Positions 47,288 to 56,220 of a stretch of 64,000 bases of DNA are shown here, in pieces (position 1 is the first letter of the stretch; each line of letters starts with the position of its first letter). Position numbers and translations under genes: made by a program. Under the pieces are notes generated by a model. That model saw nothing but the letters and a program-made list of their open reading frames with translations, did no database searches and was not told the origin of the DNA. Source of the DNA: an uncultured Acidobacteriota bacterium (GTDB lineage Bacteria > Acidobacteriota > Thermoanaerobaculia > UBA5066 > Gp7-AA6); assembly GCA_963776755.1 (NCBI GenBank), contig CAVZNW010000004.1, positions 412,257-476,256 of the forward strand, in the 5' to 3' direction.

Positions 47288-50067
47288 GGTCGAACCCCCT
47301 CGCTCGGCTCTTCAATCTCCAGCCCGGGGACGGAAGGCGCGGCGCGCTGCTCTTCTTCTATCTCCTCCTGATCATCACCTGCTACCAGCTCGGCAAGACC
47401 GCGCGCGACGCGCTGTTCCTGAGCGTCTTCAAGGCCTCGAAGCTGCCGTACGCCGACATGGCGATCGCCCTGTCGGTGGGGGTCGTGATCGCGGCCTACG
47501 TGACGATCGGCCGCCGCGTCACGCTGCGCAATCTCCTCGTCGGCTGCCTGCTCCTCTTCGCGGCCCTGCAGGTCGGCTTCTGGTACCTGGCGAAGTTCCG
47601 TCCGGAGCTGACCTGGCAGTACCCCGTGTTCTACATCTGGGTCGGCATTCTCGGCGTCATCGCTCCGACCCAGGTGTGGACGCTCGCCAACTACCTGCTG
47701 ACGACGCGCGAAGCCAAGCGGATCTTCGGCCTCGTCGGCGCGGGCGGCATCAGCGGCTGGATCGTCTCCGGTCTTCTCGCGGAGAAGCTCGCCAAAACCA
47801 AAGGCCTCGGCACGGAGAGCCTTCCTCTCGCGATGGCGGTCGCCCTGCTCGGCTGCGCCGCGCTCGTGGTGGTTCTCTGGCGCGAGAGGGGAGCGACGCT
47901 GTCGGCGGCCGCCGCGCCCCGCGCCGACCAGGCCTCGAAGAGCCTGCGGGAGAGCATGGCCGTCGTCTTCTCGTCCCCCTACCTGATCTCGATCGCTTCT
48001 CTCATCACGCTCTCTTCGATTGCGACCTGCTTCGCCGGCTGGCAGTTCAAGGCGATCGCCAAGGCCGCCTACCCGGACAAGAACGCCCTGACCGCGTTCT
48101 TCGGGCAGTTCAACTTCTGGGCGGGCCTGGCCTGCCTCGGGCTCCAGCTCCTGCTGACCTCGCGGTTCCTTCGCCGCTTCGGGCTCGGTCCGGCCCTGCT
48201 GATGGTGCCGCTGGGGCTCTTCGCGAGCGAGCTCGGCGTCTGGGTGTTCGGCACGCTCGCGGCGGCGATCCTGCTGAAGGGCGGCGATTCGGTCGTGCGC
48301 TACTCGCTCGACAAGTCCTCGGTCGAGCTGCTCTACCTGCCGATCTCCCCGGAGATCAAGCTCCAGGCGAAATCCGCGATCGACACCTTCATCTGGCGTC
48401 TCGGCGACGGGCTGGCCGGGTTCACGCTCGCCATCTTCACCGATCAGCTCAACTGGTCGGCCCGGAAGGTCTCGCTCGTCAACTTCGTCTTCATCGCCGG
48501 CTGGATCGGCGCCGCGCTCATGGCGCGCCGGCGGTACGCGGGCACGCTGCTCGACAGCCTCCGCCAGCGTCGCCTCGACGCCGAGCGGCAGCTCGGCCCG
48601 GTTCTCGACCGGTCGACGGCGGACATCCTCGCCACACAGCTCGCCTCGCCCGATCCCCAGCAGGTCCTCTACGCGCTCGAGATCTTCGGCGCCTCGCAGC
48701 ACCCGCCGGCCCACCCCGGCGTGCGCGATCTGCTCGGTCACGAGTCGCCCGCGGTGCGCCGGCGGGCCCTGGAGCTGCTGGATGCCGCCGGGGATCTCTG
48801 GGTCCTGCCTCGCGTCGAGGAGATGCTGCGGGATCCGGACGGCGACGTGCGGTCGGCGGCCCTCCTCTTCCTGGATCACCATGCGCCCGCCGATCCTCTG
48901 ATGCGGGTCCAGAAACTCGAGGACTTCGAGGACGTCTCGGTCGCCTCCGGGATCGTCACGTTTCTCGCGCGCTCGGGCGACGGCGAGCGTCTCCCCGAGG
49001 CGCGGATCGTGATGGACCGGATGATCGCCGAGCGCGGGGAGGCGGGCAAACGCGCGCGCCTCGAGGCGGCGGGCCTCCTCGCAATCGTGGGCGACGGCTT
49101 CGACGACCAGCTCGACGCTCTGCTTGCCGACGAGGATCCGGATGTGGTGCGGACCGCGGTGCGCGCGGCCGGCAAGCTGCGCAAGAGGCGGGTGGCGGCG
49201 AAGCTGATCGAGCTGCTCGGCGACGCTCGTGTGCGGGACGAGGCCGCGGACGCGCTCGTCGCCATGGGGGACCGGGTTCTCGGCGCCCTGCGCGACCAGC
49301 TGAACGATGGCGATGTCCCGCTCTCGGGCCGCCTCGAGATCCCCGCGGTCCTCGCGCGCATCGGAAACGACACCGCGGCGAAGACTCTCGAGGAGAATCT
49401 CCTCGAAAGCGAGCCCGAGCTGCGCTTCCGCACGATCTCCGCGCTCAACGATCTGCGCAAGGAGCACCCGCGGACGGCGATCGATCCGGTGCGCCTTCGC
49501 GCGGCCCTCGGCTTCGAGATGATGCTCCATTGCCGCACCAACCAGATCCTGGCCGTCGCCGGCCGGACAACGGCCTCGGCGCCAGGCGCGGCGCCGCCGA
49601 CCGAGGTCCTGCGGCGGCTCGAGGCGAGCCACGACCAGGAGATCGAGCGCATCTTCCGGATCCTGAGCCTTCTCTACCCGGCCACCGACTTTCGCAGCGC
49701 CCACTACGGGCTGCGGTCGAGCGACGTCACGGCGCGCGACCACGCGCTCGAGTTCCTCGAGCTCGCCCTGGACGGCGACCTGCGCAAGACCCTCGTGGCG
49801 CTGCTCGACCCGACCACGCCGCTCGACGAGCGGGTCGTTCCCATCCTGAGGCGCACCGGCGTGGACGCGCCGACCCCCGCCGAGCTGGTGACGGCCCTGG
49901 TCGAGAGCGAAGACCCGTGGTTGAAGGCGTGCGGCATCTCGTCGGTCGGCGCCCTCGGCCTGCGAGACCTCGCCGGGCGGGTCGAGGCCTGCCTCGATTC
50001 CGAGGACGAGCTGCTGCGCGAGACCGCGCGCGCCGCCAAGAAGCAGCTCGCGGCGTCGATCGGCTGA
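47284..50067 (+). CDS. NTT/TLC-like (ATP:ADP-antiporter-family) 12-TM transporter fused to a C-terminal HEAT/PBS-lyase repeat domain
   Basis: GTG start overlaps the upstream stop (GTGA). About 430 aa of 12 TM helices are followed by about 490 aa of helical repeats (VRRRALELL..., DVRSAALLFL..., DVVRTAVRAAGKL...). Confidence 0.75.
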   Translation: MRSNPLARLFNLQPGDGRRGALLFFYLLLIITCYQLGKTARDALFLSVFKASKLPYADMAIALSVGVVIAAYVTIGRRVTLRNLLVGCLLLFAALQVGFWYLAKFRPELTWQYPVFYIWVGILGVIAPTQVWTLANYLLTTREAKRIFGLVGAGGISGWIVSGLLAEKLAKTKGLGTESLPLAMAVALLGCAALVVVLWRERGATLSAAAAPRADQASKSLRESMAVVFSSPYLISIASLITLSSIATCFAGWQFKAIAKAAYPDKNALTAFFGQFNFWAGLACLGLQLLLTSRFLRRFGLGPALLMVPLGLFASELGVWVFGTLAAAILLKGGDSVVRYSLDKSSVELLYLPISPEIKLQAKSAIDTFIWRLGDGLAGFTLAIFTDQLNWSARKVSLVNFVFIAGWIGAALMARRRYAGTLLDSLRQRRLDAERQLGPVLDRSTADILATQLASPDPQQVLYALEIFGASQHPPAHPGVRDLLGHESPAVRRRALELLDAAGDLWVLPRVEEMLRDPDGDVRSAALLFLDHHAPADPLMRVQKLEDFEDVSVASGIVTFLARSGDGERLPEARIVMDRMIAERGEAGKRARLEAAGLLAIVGDGFDDQLDALLADEDPDVVRTAVRAAGKLRKRRVAAKLIELLGDARVRDEAADALVAMGDRVLGALRDQLNDGDVPLSGRLEIPAVLARIGNDTAAKTLEENLLESEPELRFRTISALNDLRKEHPRTAIDPVRLRAALGFEMMLHCRTNQILAVAGRTTASAPGAAPPTEVLRRLEASHDQEIERIFRILSLLYPATDFRSAHYGLRSSDVTARDHALEFLELALDGDLRKTLVALLDPTTPLDERVVPILRRTGVDAPTPAELVTALVESEDPWLKACGISSVGALGLRDLAGRVEACLDSEDELLRETARAAKKQLAASIG

Positions 50068-50091
50068 CCGACGTGCCCGGGGCGGGGGCCC

Positions 50092-51027
50092 CTACTCCAG
50101 GCTTCCGGGTTGCGCCGGGGCGGCTTCCGTGTAGGCGTACAGGACCTTGTCCTCGCCCTTCTCGGCGATGAGCTTGTCCAGGCCCTGGAGGATCAGCGCG
50201 CGCCGCGCGAACAGCGCGTCCAGCTCGTAGCTCGACAGATACGGCTTCAGGCGCTCGCGTGCGACCTGTTCATCCAGGGCCTTGAGCCTCTGGTACATGC
50301 CGCGCTCGCATTGCTTGATGTTGACGCCTTTGTGGAGGTAGGGGATCCGGCGGAAGGCCCGGGTGTGGTCGATCATCCAGAGCTTCCAGTCGGGCGTGAT
50401 GAGCAGGTTCCCGGTGTTGCGGTCGGTGTTGTACACGAGCGCGTCGAACACGTTGATCATCTGCAGCTGCTTGTTCCAGCGGACCGCGTCGGGCGCCTGC
50501 TTCTGCTGCTTCACCATCGACTTCTGGGTCGTGGCGTTCTCGACCCAGATCTGCACGCTGCCGCTGGAGTTGTCGACCTTGCGCAGGGTCGCCGGCGGGA
50601 CGTTGTCGCGGCCCAGGAGAAGGCTCAACTGGTAGGCGGCCGGCTCGAAGATGTAGTTGTCGCGGAAGTACAGGTCGTCCCGGCCGCCGCCGAAGGTCGG
50701 CGTCGACCGCTGCTCGTCGACGTCGCGGAAGATGGCGTGGGCGCGGACGCCGTCCTTCTCGAGCAGGAGCTTGGTGGGAAACGTGACGCCGCCGGAGAGC
50801 CGCTCCTTGGACTTCACCTCGGCGGTGGCCAGGAACACCAGCAGCTCCTCCTCGGAACGGAACGGCAGGGGCTTGCCGTCGGGGTCGGTCCACCGGAAGG
50901 GGGCGGCTTGGGCCTCGGCCGGAGACTGGCTGGCCGCGGCCCCGGCGGTGTCCTGGGCGGACAGCGTTCCGGCGAGGGTCAGTCCTCCCGCGATCAGCAA
51001 TGCCAGCGGATGCCGCCGTCCGATCAT
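50092..51027 (-). CDS. Secreted hypothetical protein with PI3/PI4-kinase-like catalytic-loop motifs
   Basis: RBS GGAGGTGG. Signal peptide MIGRRHPLALLIAGGLTLAGTLSAQ. Motifs YNTDRNTGNLL (compare DRHxGN) and WMIDHTRAF (compare IDFG). Confidence 0.6.
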   Translation of the reverse strand: MIGRRHPLALLIAGGLTLAGTLSAQDTAGAAASQSPAEAQAAPFRWTDPDGKPLPFRSEEELLVFLATAEVKSKERLSGGVTFPTKLLLEKDGVRAHAIFRDVDEQRSTPTFGGGRDDLYFRDNYIFEPAAYQLSLLLGRDNVPPATLRKVDNSSGSVQIWVENATTQKSMVKQQKQAPDAVRWNKQLQMINVFDALVYNTDRNTGNLLITPDWKLWMIDHTRAFRRIPYLHKGVNIKQCERGMYQRLKALDEQVARERLKPYLSSYELDALFARRALILQGLDKLIAEKGEDKVLYAYTEAAPAQPGSLE

Positions 51028-51267
51028 GGCCACCTCCCGGACCGGCGCGTCGAAGACACGCCGAGCGATCCTCGTCATCGAATGGCCCCGAGCGCGGGGA
51101 GCCTATCAAAGCGGCGGCCGGGGTCGGCCGGCCCGAACCGGCGAGTCCGGCCGTACGTGTCGACGGTCACCCGCAGGACCTTCGGTCGGCCGGCCGGGGC
51201 CGCGAGGCGGCCGGCCTGATGTAACTGAATCAGTCGGCGTCGGGGACCTCCCCCGTACGATGGCCCC

Positions 51268-52630
51268 ATGCTTTCCAACGAAAAGCGGGTCGTCATCCTG
51301 GGCGCCGCGGGGCGCGACTTCCACGACTTCAACACGGTCTTCCGGGACGATCCCGGGACGCGCGTGGTCGCGTTCACGGCGACGCAGATTCCCGGAATCG
51401 CCGGGCGGCGCTATCCGTCGGTCCTCGCGGGGCCGCGATACCCGTCGGGAATCCCGATCGTGCCCGAGGAGGATCTCGGGCGGCTCGATCCGGGAGGAGA
51501 AGGTCGACACGTGCGTCTTCTCGTATTCGGACGTGACGCACGAGCACGTCATGCATCTGGCCTCCCGGTCGATCGCGCTCGGGGCGGACTTTCTGCTGCT
51601 CTCGGCCAGGCGCACGATGCTCCCGGCGAAGGTGCCGGTCATCGCCGTGACCGCCGTGAGAACCGGCGCCGGGAAGAGCCAGACGACGCGTTATCTCTCG
51701 AACATCCTGAAGGGGCTCGGAAGGCGGGTCGTCGCGATTCGCCATCCGATGCCCTACGGCGACCTGGCCGAACAGATCTGCCAGCGCTTCGCCACCTACG
51801 CCGACCTCGACCGCCAGAAGTGCACCATCGAGGAGCGCGAGGAGTACGAGCCGCACATCGACAACGGGTTCGTCGTCTACGCCGGGGTGGACTACGGAAA
51901 GATCCTGGCCCGGGCCGAGGAGGAAGCCGACATCATCCTCTGGGACGGCGGCAACAACGACCTTCCGTTCTACGTGCCGGCGCTGCACATCTGCATCGCC
52001 GACCCCCATCGGGCCGGCCACGAGACCGCGTACCATCCCGGCGAGGCGAACTTCCGGCGGGCCGACGTGATCGTGCTCAACAAGTGCGACACGGCCGAAC
52101 CCGCGAGCGTCGCCTCGGTCGAGGCGGCGGCGGCGCGGCTGAACCCGGGGGCCCGGGTCCTCCGGGCGGACTCGCCGGTCGTAATCGAGCACCCGGAATC
52201 GATCGCGGGCAAGAGAGTCCTCGTCGTCGAGGACGGACCGACGCTCACGCACGGCGGAATGCGCTTCGGCGCGGGAGTGGTGGCCGCGAAGCAGGCGGGC
52301 GCGGGAACGTTCGTGGACCCGAGCCCGTACGCGGTCGGCTCCATCCGCGACACGTACGCGAAGTACCCGAACGCCGTCGGCATCCTGCCGGCGATGGGCT
52401 ACGGCGAGGCCCAGGTCGCCGAGCTCGCGGAGACGATCCGGCGAACCCCCTGCGACGTCGTCGTCATCGGAACGCCGATCGACCTGCGGCGGGTGCTGAC
52501 CATCGACAAGCCGGCCGTGCGGGTGCGCTACGACCTGCGCGAGCAGACGCCCGGCGCGCTCGAGGCGGAGGTCCGGAGGGTGCTCGGCCAGGTGCCCGCC
52601 CCGGAGAGGCTGGTCGCCGCGACGGTCTAG
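51268..52630 (+). CDS. P-loop NTPase-domain protein (cyclic-2,3-diphosphoglycerate-synthetase-like / DUF-type, assignment uncertain); apparent 1-nt insertion near 51486
   Basis: N-terminal Rossmann-like segment VVILGAAGRDF in the frame of ORF 51268. Walker A motif AVRTGAGKSQT and the rest lie in the frame of ORF 50657..52630. Confidence 0.6.
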
Positions 52631-52651
52631 GCCGGGAAGATCGAGAACCGC

Positions 52652-53368
52652 TCAGCGATCGGCCGTCTTCTCGAAGACGAAGAAGTGCTGGGTGGGCAGG
52701 AACTCGTAGAGCTCCACGAGCCGGAACCCGGCCGGCTCCCACTCGGCGAGCACCTGCCGGGTCGACATGCGGTGCTCCTCCCGGACGTGGAGAGCGGTCA
52801 GCCCCTCGAGCCGGTACTCCACGACCGCGACCCTGCCCGCGGGCTTCAAGGCCTCGCGCATCCTCGCGAGCGTCGCCCCGGGCTGCTGGAGCTCGTGGTA
52901 GACGTCGACGAGCAGGGCCCAGTCGAGGGACCCCCGCGCGAGCTTCGGGTCGTCGCTCTCGGAGAGCACCGGCACGACGTTGCGGATCCCCGCCTTCTCC
53001 AGGTTGCCCTTGAGCAGCGCGATCATCTCGGGCTGGATGTCCACGGCGTACACCACCCCGGCGGGGGCGACCGCCTTCGCCAGGCGCCGGGTGAAGTAGC
53101 CCGTCCCCGCGCCGAGGTCGGCGACGACGTCGCCCGACTTGAGTCCCATCGTCCGGACGATCTCGTCCGGCTTCTGCTCCTCGTCGCGGCCCGGCCGCTC
53201 GAGCCAGTCGGCGCCGCCCGCGCCCATGACGGGGGCGGGACGCCGCTCGTCGCCCGCCCGGGCCGGGGCGGGAGCGAGCGCCGCCGCGGCAAGGAGGAGG
53301 AGCAGAGCGAGGATCCGCCGCACCGGGCCGGCCGGGCTCGTGCGAGGGGCCCGGTTCACGTTCGCCAC
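52652..53368 (-). CDS. Class I SAM-dependent methyltransferase, secreted or lipid-anchored
   Basis: Motif I VADLGAGTGYFT. N-terminal hydrophobic signal (RRILALLLLLAAAALAPAPARA). The start is a GTG; the exact start is uncertain. Confidence 0.65.
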   Translation of the reverse strand: MANVNRAPRTSPAGPVRRILALLLLLAAAALAPAPARAGDERRPAPVMGAGGADWLERPGRDEEQKPDEIVRTMGLKSGDVVADLGAGTGYFTRRLAKAVAPAGVVYAVDIQPEMIALLKGNLEKAGIRNVVPVLSESDDPKLARGSLDWALLVDVYHELQQPGATLARMREALKPAGRVAVVEYRLEGLTALHVREEHRMSTRQVLAEWEPAGFRLVELYEFLPTQHFFVFEKTADR

Positions 53369-53474
53369 CGCATCGCTCCTCGATAACAGCGATCCGGCTC
53401 CGGACCTTCGCGGTATTTCACGGCCCGGGGACGAGCCCGGAGTCGCCGGGGATGAAGGGCCCGAAACGAAAGCG

Positions 53475-53978
53475 TCAGGTCCCCTTCAGCGTCCGGCGAA
53501 GGGCGCGTGCGCGCGCCACGCCATAGCGAAAGAGCTTGTGGCACTCCTCGCGGAGGAATCCGCCGGTGACGGGGATGCGGTGATTGCCCTTCTCCAGGAC
53601 GAGCTCGCAGGGGATGAGGCAGGCCCGCCACTTGTAGTCTTCCGTGCCCCGCTCGAGGCCGAAGGCGGCAATGTCTTCCTGGGACACGCCGTAGACGACC
53701 GCGCCGATCCTCGACCACACGCAGGCGCCGGCGCACATGGCGCAGGGCTCGTGCGTGGAGTAGAGGACGAAGTCGTGCAGGTAGCGGCCATAGCCGCTGG
53801 AGACGTACTTGAGCGTCTCGAGCTCCACGTGCTTGATGCTCGAGCCCGACGTCTTGACGCGGTTGCCGGCGCTGGCGATGACCACCTCGACCCCGCGCGT
53901 GAGGCGTGTGATGACGGCGCCGATGGGATAGTCGCCCCGGTCGCCGGCGCGCTTGGCCTCTGAGACCGCCAGCTCCAT
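53475..53978 (-). CDS. CDA-fold nucleoside deaminase (TadA / guanine-deaminase-like)
   Basis: Start set at MELAVSEAKRAG. Zinc motifs HVE...PCAMCAGA. Confidence 0.7.
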   Translation of the reverse strand: MELAVSEAKRAGDRGDYPIGAVITRLTRGVEVVIASAGNRVKTSGSSIKHVELETLKYVSSGYGRYLHDFVLYSTHEPCAMCAGACVWSRIGAVVYGVSQEDIAAFGLERGTEDYKWRACLIPCELVLEKGNHRIPVTGGFLREECHKLFRYGVARARALRRTLKGT

Positions 53979-54043
53979 GAACTTCTTCCGCGGCTTGTAG
54001 GAACGCGGGATCATCCGACGAGGATACACGCGCAGGGCGAGGT

Positions 54044-54505
54044 TCAGCCCCCCTCGTCGAGCATCGTTCCCCGGCAGCTCGCGGCGCCGCAACGACAGGC
54101 GTACCGGCTCCGTCGCGAACGCGAGGCGCCCTTCTCGATCTCCAGGGCGTAGTCGTACGTCAGCTCGGCACGGGGCTGGATGTTCCGGATCGCCCGGATC
54201 GAGACCGTTCCATCCGACACTTCGGCTTCACAGTTGGGATCGCAGGAATGGTTGATGAAGCGCGCGTCGTTGCCGCCGACCGAGGCGTCGATGTAAACGT
54301 CGCCCCCGACATTAAAGAGCAGCGTGTGGGGATCGTCCGCGGCCGCCTCGTCGTATCGCGCCTGCACGGCCTTCGACGTCAGGACCTGCCCGGCGTACTC
54401 GATCAACTTCCGGCCGGCGCGAATCCGTCGCGTCGCGAACACTCCGTCGCCGTGGATCCCCGAGCGCCGTTTCGCGAAGGGCGGCCGGGCTCGCCGACGC
54501 GGCAT
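54044..54505 (-). CDS. SET-domain protein (lysine methyltransferase fold)
   Basis: Motifs GVFA, NHSCDPN and YDY, plus a post-SET Cys cluster CRCGAASC. Confidence 0.75.
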   Translation of the reverse strand: MPRRRARPPFAKRRSGIHGDGVFATRRIRAGRKLIEYAGQVLTSKAVQARYDEAAADDPHTLLFNVGGDVYIDASVGGNDARFINHSCDPNCEAEVSDGTVSIRAIRNIQPRAELTYDYALEIEKGASRSRRSRYACRCGAASCRGTMLDEGG

Positions 54506-54548
54506 GCCTCAGCGTATCAACGAAGAGGGCGCCTCCGGCCGCGGCGGT

Positions 54549-54623
54549 TGGTCGGGGCGGCCGGGATCGAACCGGCGACCACCTGCTCCCAAAGCAGGTA
54601 CGCTACCGCTGCGCTACGCCCCG
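54549..54623 (-). tRNA. tRNA-Pro (anticodon TGG), CCA encoded
   Basis: Manual fold: acceptor CGGGGCG/CGCCCCG, anticodon arm CCTGC-TTTGGGA-GCAGG, T-arm GCCGG-TTCGATC-CCGGC. Confidence 0.85.
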
Positions 54624-54752
54624 TAGCCCGCGATTATCGCACTGCCCTCGGGCGACGCTCGACCGCGTGGACGATGCGCTTCGGGACGCGCTCCCGACCG
54701 ACCCGCGCGGACTTCCCGATCAGGTCGGCGGCGCACCGCGGGGTTCATTCCG

Positions 54753-54787
54753 TTGCACAAGGATTCTGTCCTTGCTAGAGTAAGGAC
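54753..54787 (+). promoter_or_regulatory. Sigma70-like promoter (TTGCAC, 17-nt spacer, TAGAGT) with an overlapping palindrome GTCCTT-N8-AAGGAC, directly abutting the vapB ATG
   Basis: The -10 box ends 6 nt before the ATG. The palindrome spans the -10 box and is a candidate VapB operator. Confidence 0.4.
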
Positions 54788-55066
54788 ATGGCCAAGGTCA
54801 CCAGCAAGCTCCAGGTCACGGTCCCCAAGGCGATCGCGGACCGTTTCCGGATCCGTCCCGGCGACGAGATCGAGTGGATCGCTGCGGGGGACGGAATCCG
54901 CGTCGAGCCCGCCGGGAGGTCACGAAACCCGCTGGACGTGAAGGAGCGGCTGCGGCTCTTCGACGAATCGACGCGACGCCTGCGCAACAGGAAGTGGAAG
55001 GGAAAGCCGCCCACCGGCCGCGGCTGGACGCGCGAGGAGCTGTACACGCGTGGCAGCTCTCGTTGA
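54788..55066 (+). CDS. AbrB/SpoVT-fold antitoxin (VapB-type)
   Basis: MAKVTSKLQVTVPKAIADRFRIRPGDEIEW is a swapped-hairpin AbrB-like N-terminus. Overlaps the downstream PIN gene by 17 nt. Confidence 0.7.
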   Translation: MAKVTSKLQVTVPKAIADRFRIRPGDEIEWIAAGDGIRVEPAGRSRNPLDVKERLRLFDESTRRLRNRKWKGKPPTGRGWTREELYTRGSSR

Positions 55067-55490
55067 CACGAACGTCCTCATCTACTCCTACGACCCGCGC
55101 TTTCCGGCCAAGCGACGGCGGGCGACCCGGCTCCTGCGGCGGGGAGTCGAAGAGGGCAGCATTCGGGTGCCTCACCAGGCGATCATCGAGTTCATGGCGG
55201 TCGCTCCGCGGCCGCTTCCCGGTGGTGGCTCGATCCTGACTCCCGAAGAGGCGCGAGAAGAGGCCGAAGAGATCCTCAACCAGTTTACGGTCCTCTATCC
55301 GACGGAGGGGCTTGTGCGGGCGGCGTTGCGCGGTGCGGCGGCGTACCGCCTGAGCTGGTTCGACGCGCATCTCTGGGCCTATGCCGACCATTACGGACTG
55401 GACGAGATAATCTCCGAGGACTTCGAGCACGGGCGCCGTTACGGGACCGTGCGCATCCACAATCCTTTTGCCGACCTGCAGGAGAGCTGA
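55050..55490 (+). CDS. PIN-domain toxin (VapC-type)
   Basis: GTG start. N-terminus LVDTNVLIY with the first acidic residue. Further acidic positions (D..E...D) fit the PIN fold. Confidence 0.75.
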   Translation: MAALVDTNVLIYSYDPRFPAKRRRATRLLRRGVEEGSIRVPHQAIIEFMAVAPRPLPGGGSILTPEEAREEAEEILNQFTVLYPTEGLVRAALRGAAAYRLSWFDAHLWAYADHYGLDEIISEDFEHGRRYGTVRIHNPFADLQES

Positions 55491-56203
55491 TGGACCGCGA
55501 ATACATCGCCTGGGACTCGCCCACGCTCGGCCGGAAGATGGAAATGCTCTGGTTCGGCCACGCGGGCCGTCCCATGATCTGGTTCCCGACCTCGGTCGGG
55601 CGCTTTTACCAGAACGAGGACTTCGGGCTCGTGGGGGCGGTCGGCGACCTCATCGCGGGCGGCAAGCTCCAGATCGCATGCGTCGACAGCGTCGACGACG
55701 AGAGCTTCTACGCCAAGACGAAGCATCCCGCGGAGCGGATCCGCCGGCACGATCAGTACGACGCATACGTCGCCAACGAGGTCGTGCCCTTCGTCCGGAG
55801 CAAGGCGCGGACGGCCGACCGGGTCGGCACGCTCGGCTGCTCGTTCGGTGCGTACCACGCGGCCAACTTCGGTTTTCGCCATCCGGACCTCGTCGACAAG
55901 ATCGTCGCGTTCTCGGGCAAGTACGACATCCACAACTTCCTGGACGGCTACTGGGACGAGCTCTGCTACTTCCACTGCCCGACGGCCAACGTCCCCAACA
56001 TGGACCGGGGCTGGGTCGAGCGGCTCTCCTCGACGGACATCTGCATCGTCACCGGCGAGACGGACAACATTCTCTCCGGCACGACGAACATGCTCGGCAT
56101 CCTCGACGCGAAGGGCATCCGCCACCGCGGCTCCGTGTGGGCGGCGCCGTACGGCCACGACTGGCCGTGGTGGAAGGTGCAGATCCGGAGCTACGTGCCG
56201 TAG
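55490..56203 (+). CDS. Esterase-family alpha/beta hydrolase (esterase D / enterochelin-esterase-like)
   Basis: Start overlaps the vapC stop (TGATG). Nucleophile elbow GCSFGAYHA. Confidence 0.65.
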   Translation: MDREYIAWDSPTLGRKMEMLWFGHAGRPMIWFPTSVGRFYQNEDFGLVGAVGDLIAGGKLQIACVDSVDDESFYAKTKHPAERIRRHDQYDAYVANEVVPFVRSKARTADRVGTLGCSFGAYHAANFGFRHPDLVDKIVAFSGKYDIHNFLDGYWDELCYFHCPTANVPNMDRGWVERLSSTDICIVTGETDNILSGTTNMLGILDAKGIRHRGSVWAAPYGHDWPWWKVQIRSYVP

Positions 56204-56220
56204 AGCGGCGGGCCGGGCCT

